A program made the position numbers and the translations under genes. The notes beneath the pieces are model-generated. The model was not told the DNA's origin. It ran no database searches and saw only the letters and a program-made list of their open reading frames with translations. Source: an uncultured Desulfobacter sp. (GTDB taxonomy: Bacteria > Desulfobacterota > Desulfobacteria > Desulfobacterales > Desulfobacteraceae). Taken from it: a stretch of DNA of 64,000 nucleotides. Shown here in pieces: positions 61,990 through 64,000 of the stretch. The stretch is from positions 6,784,001-6,848,000 of the forward strand of contig OY762069.1 of NCBI GenBank assembly GCA_963665095.1, written 5' to 3'. Position 1 is the first letter of the stretch. Each line of letters begins with the position of its first letter.

Positions 61990-63999
61990 TCAATCCAGAC
62001 GCAAATCCCTGCAAGCGTTGGTACCGTCTGCCATGGGCAGGGCCTCGTTAAATATTTCCAGCAGTTTTACCGTCTGTTTAGCCATCATGACGCAGTTGCC
62101 GGAGATGGCATAAAACATGATGCTCAGACGGGTTTTTGAGGATTCCTCACGGATTCTGGCAATCTGGTTGGCATTGTATTCATCCACAAGATCCCTGAGA
62201 TAGTGAAACCTTGCAGCAATATGGTTGCAGTCTACAATATCTTTTTTTGTAAACGCGGTTTCCACCTGTTCAAGGATGTAAAAAATTTCTGTTTTTATCT
62301 CTTTCAGTTCTCTGATCTGAGAAGGCAGAAGGCCTTTGTGGCGGTTGGCCACATGCATGGTACAGCGGATGACGGTATCCCTGTGGCCGTCAGTCAGTTT
62401 TTGAATGCGGCGTATAATCTGGTAATAGTTGAAGGAGCCTTTATGGTCAGTACGCTGCAGGAGCCTTAGCACCTTAAAAATATTTGCTATAATGATATTA
62501 CCGCTTAGCTGAAACTGTTTTGTCTTTTTACGCTGGGCCCGAAGAGTTTCCAAATCTTCTTCAAACAGGGCATCAAACCCGGTTCCTAAAGATTCCCGAA
62601 TTCCTTTCAACAGAAGGGCTAAGTGATCAAAGGTGGCTGTTACTGATGATTCAAAATCTTCCACTTTTTCCAAATGATAGATGGTGATCTCTTCTTTTGT
62701 TTTTTCATTGCCTTCGTGGCGTTTTTTGTTTCTTCTGATCATCAGGAAAACAAAAATCATAAGGCAGACTACCCCTGGAATCCGGAAATAATGGATAATA
62801 TTGCCGCAGGTAAAGGAGACCACAAAGGCAATCAGCGCGGTCATAAACCAGCCGCCTACCACGGTTAAAACGCCGGTGATCCGGTAAACAGCACTTTCTC
62901 TACCCCATGCCTGGTCGGAAAACGAAGACCCCATGGCCACCATAAAGGTGACATAGGTGGTGGACAGCGGCAGTTTCAGGGAGGTTGCAAAGGATACAAC
63001 GGCAGATGCCACCATCAGGTTGACAGATGCCCGCAAGAGGTCAAAGGAGGGTTTCTCTTTCACGCTGACATGGGTGTTTTCAGGCACCGGACTGATTCGT
63101 CTGGCCACAATTTTTTTAATTCCAGGCGGGGTGATTGTGTTAATTGAACTGAACAGACTGTGGAAAAGATTGACAATGCGTCGGGAAAGCCATACGGATT
63201 CAAACCGCTCCATGCCTTCGTCCTGCTGTCCAAGGCTGATCTCTGTTTCAGTGACTGTTTTTGCCTTTTTGGACACCCACAGGGTGGTCACCATAATGGC
63301 ACCCGCGATCAGCATAATCCAGGTCTGGGAGTGAATAGGCCGGCTTAACGCCTCCATGGTGATAGTCATGGGATCTGCTGATGCAATGGCTGTCCTGAAG
63401 GCGCTGAGGCCGGCTAAAGGAACCCCGATGAAGTTGACCAGATCATTTGCAGCAAATGCCATGGCTAAAGCAAATGTTCCTACAAGCACAATAAGTTTGA
63501 GTATGTTGACTTTGAACGCGCTGATAAGGACTTGCAGGATAACAGCAGACACAACAAAAAGAGCACCCATGATGACAAAAGAGTGGGTTTTTATCCATAA
63601 TACCGTCTGGTTATCCATAAACGTGGCGCCTTTGGAACCTTTTACCAGAATAAAGAAAGTGATGACTGTCAAAGCCACACCGCCCCAAATAGCACCGTAA
63701 TACCGGAGGCGTTTTTCATACTCAAAGGTGAAAATCAATCTGGAAATGAACTGAACAATCGCCCCGGAGGCAAAGGCCACCACAATGGATAAAAGTATTC
63801 CGCCGATAATGGCAATGGCTTTGGATGTATTGATGTAATCCATAAGCCCGAGAGTACTGTTCGTCTGGGCGGCAATTTTCACCACAGATAAGGCCACGGC
63901 GGCACCAAGAAGTTCAAAAACAATGGATACTGTGGTGGACGTGGGCAGCCCATAGGTGTTGAACAGGTCAAGCAATAGTATGTCTGTAAGCATGACTGC
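61990..63999 (-). CDS. PiT-family inorganic phosphate transporter with C-terminal helical (PhoU-like) extension; 5' end outside window
   Basis: GLPTSTT, AFAANDLVNFIG, LPLSTTYV. Confidence 0.9.
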   Translation of the reverse strand, partial: AVMLTDILLLDLFNTYGLPTSTTVSIVFELLGAAVALSVVKIAAQTNSTLGLMDYINTSKAIAIIGGILLSIVVAFASGAIVQFISRLIFTFEYEKRLRYYGAIWGGVALTVITFFILVKGSKGATFMDNQTVLWIKTHSFVIMGALFVVSAVILQVLISAFKVNILKLIVLVGTFALAMAFAANDLVNFIGVPLAGLSAFRTAIASADPMTITMEALSRPIHSQTWIMLIAGAIMVTTLWVSKKAKTVTETEISLGQQDEGMERFESVWLSRRIVNLFHSLFSSINTITPPGIKKIVARRISPVPENTHVSVKEKPSFDLLRASVNLMVASAVVSFATSLKLPLSTTYVTFMVAMGSSFSDQAWGRESAVYRITGVLTVVGGWFMTALIAFVVSFTCGNIIHYFRIPGVVCLMIFVFLMIRRNKKRHEGNEKTKEEITIYHLEKVEDFESSVTATFDHLALLLKGIRESLGTGFDALFEEDLETLRAQRKKTKQFQLSGNIIIANIFKVLRLLQRTDHKGSFNYYQIIRRIQKLTDGHRDTVIRCTMHVANRHKGLLPSQIRELKEIKTEIFYILEQVETAFTKKDIVDCNHIAARFHYLRDLVDEYNANQIARIREESSKTRLSIMFYAISGNCVMMAKQTVKLLEIFNEALPMADGTNACRDLRLD

Positions 64000-64000
64000 C

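Overview
Core-genome segment of a sulfate-reducing deltaproteobacterium (Desulfobacteraceae-like, inferred from gene content and order). It contains rho(partial)-rpmE-prfA-prmC, the rpsB-tsf-pyrH-frr-uppS-cdsA-dxr-rseP operon, purL-purQ, nth, a MocR/EamA pair, rnj-ftsK, two tRNA-Ser genes, argS, gatC/gatA with a separate gatB, mutL, a tandem porin pair flanked by two paralogous exported proteins, queA-tgt-hypA-hypB, gltX, rpmF-acpP-rpiB-glyA-nrdR-rib-nusB, sat and a partial PiT transporter. No prophage, transposase, CRISPR array or rRNA was seen. Top signal: two short ORFs at 58.7-59.4 kb are one in-frame gene interrupted by a single TGA at the first Cys position of the DUF1573-type CGC motif, i.e. 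a candidate exported Ig-fold selenoprotein with a U-G-C motif and SECIS-like hairpins. Other signals: a 174-nt strand-asymmetric, G-U-rich hairpin beside the tRNAs; an orphan, catalytically degenerate NeuC-like gene behind a sigma54 motif; loss of the FAS-II genes around acpP; REP-like palindromes; and a frameshifted Ntn-hydrolase remnant. All calls come from motif recognition by eye; no database search was run.
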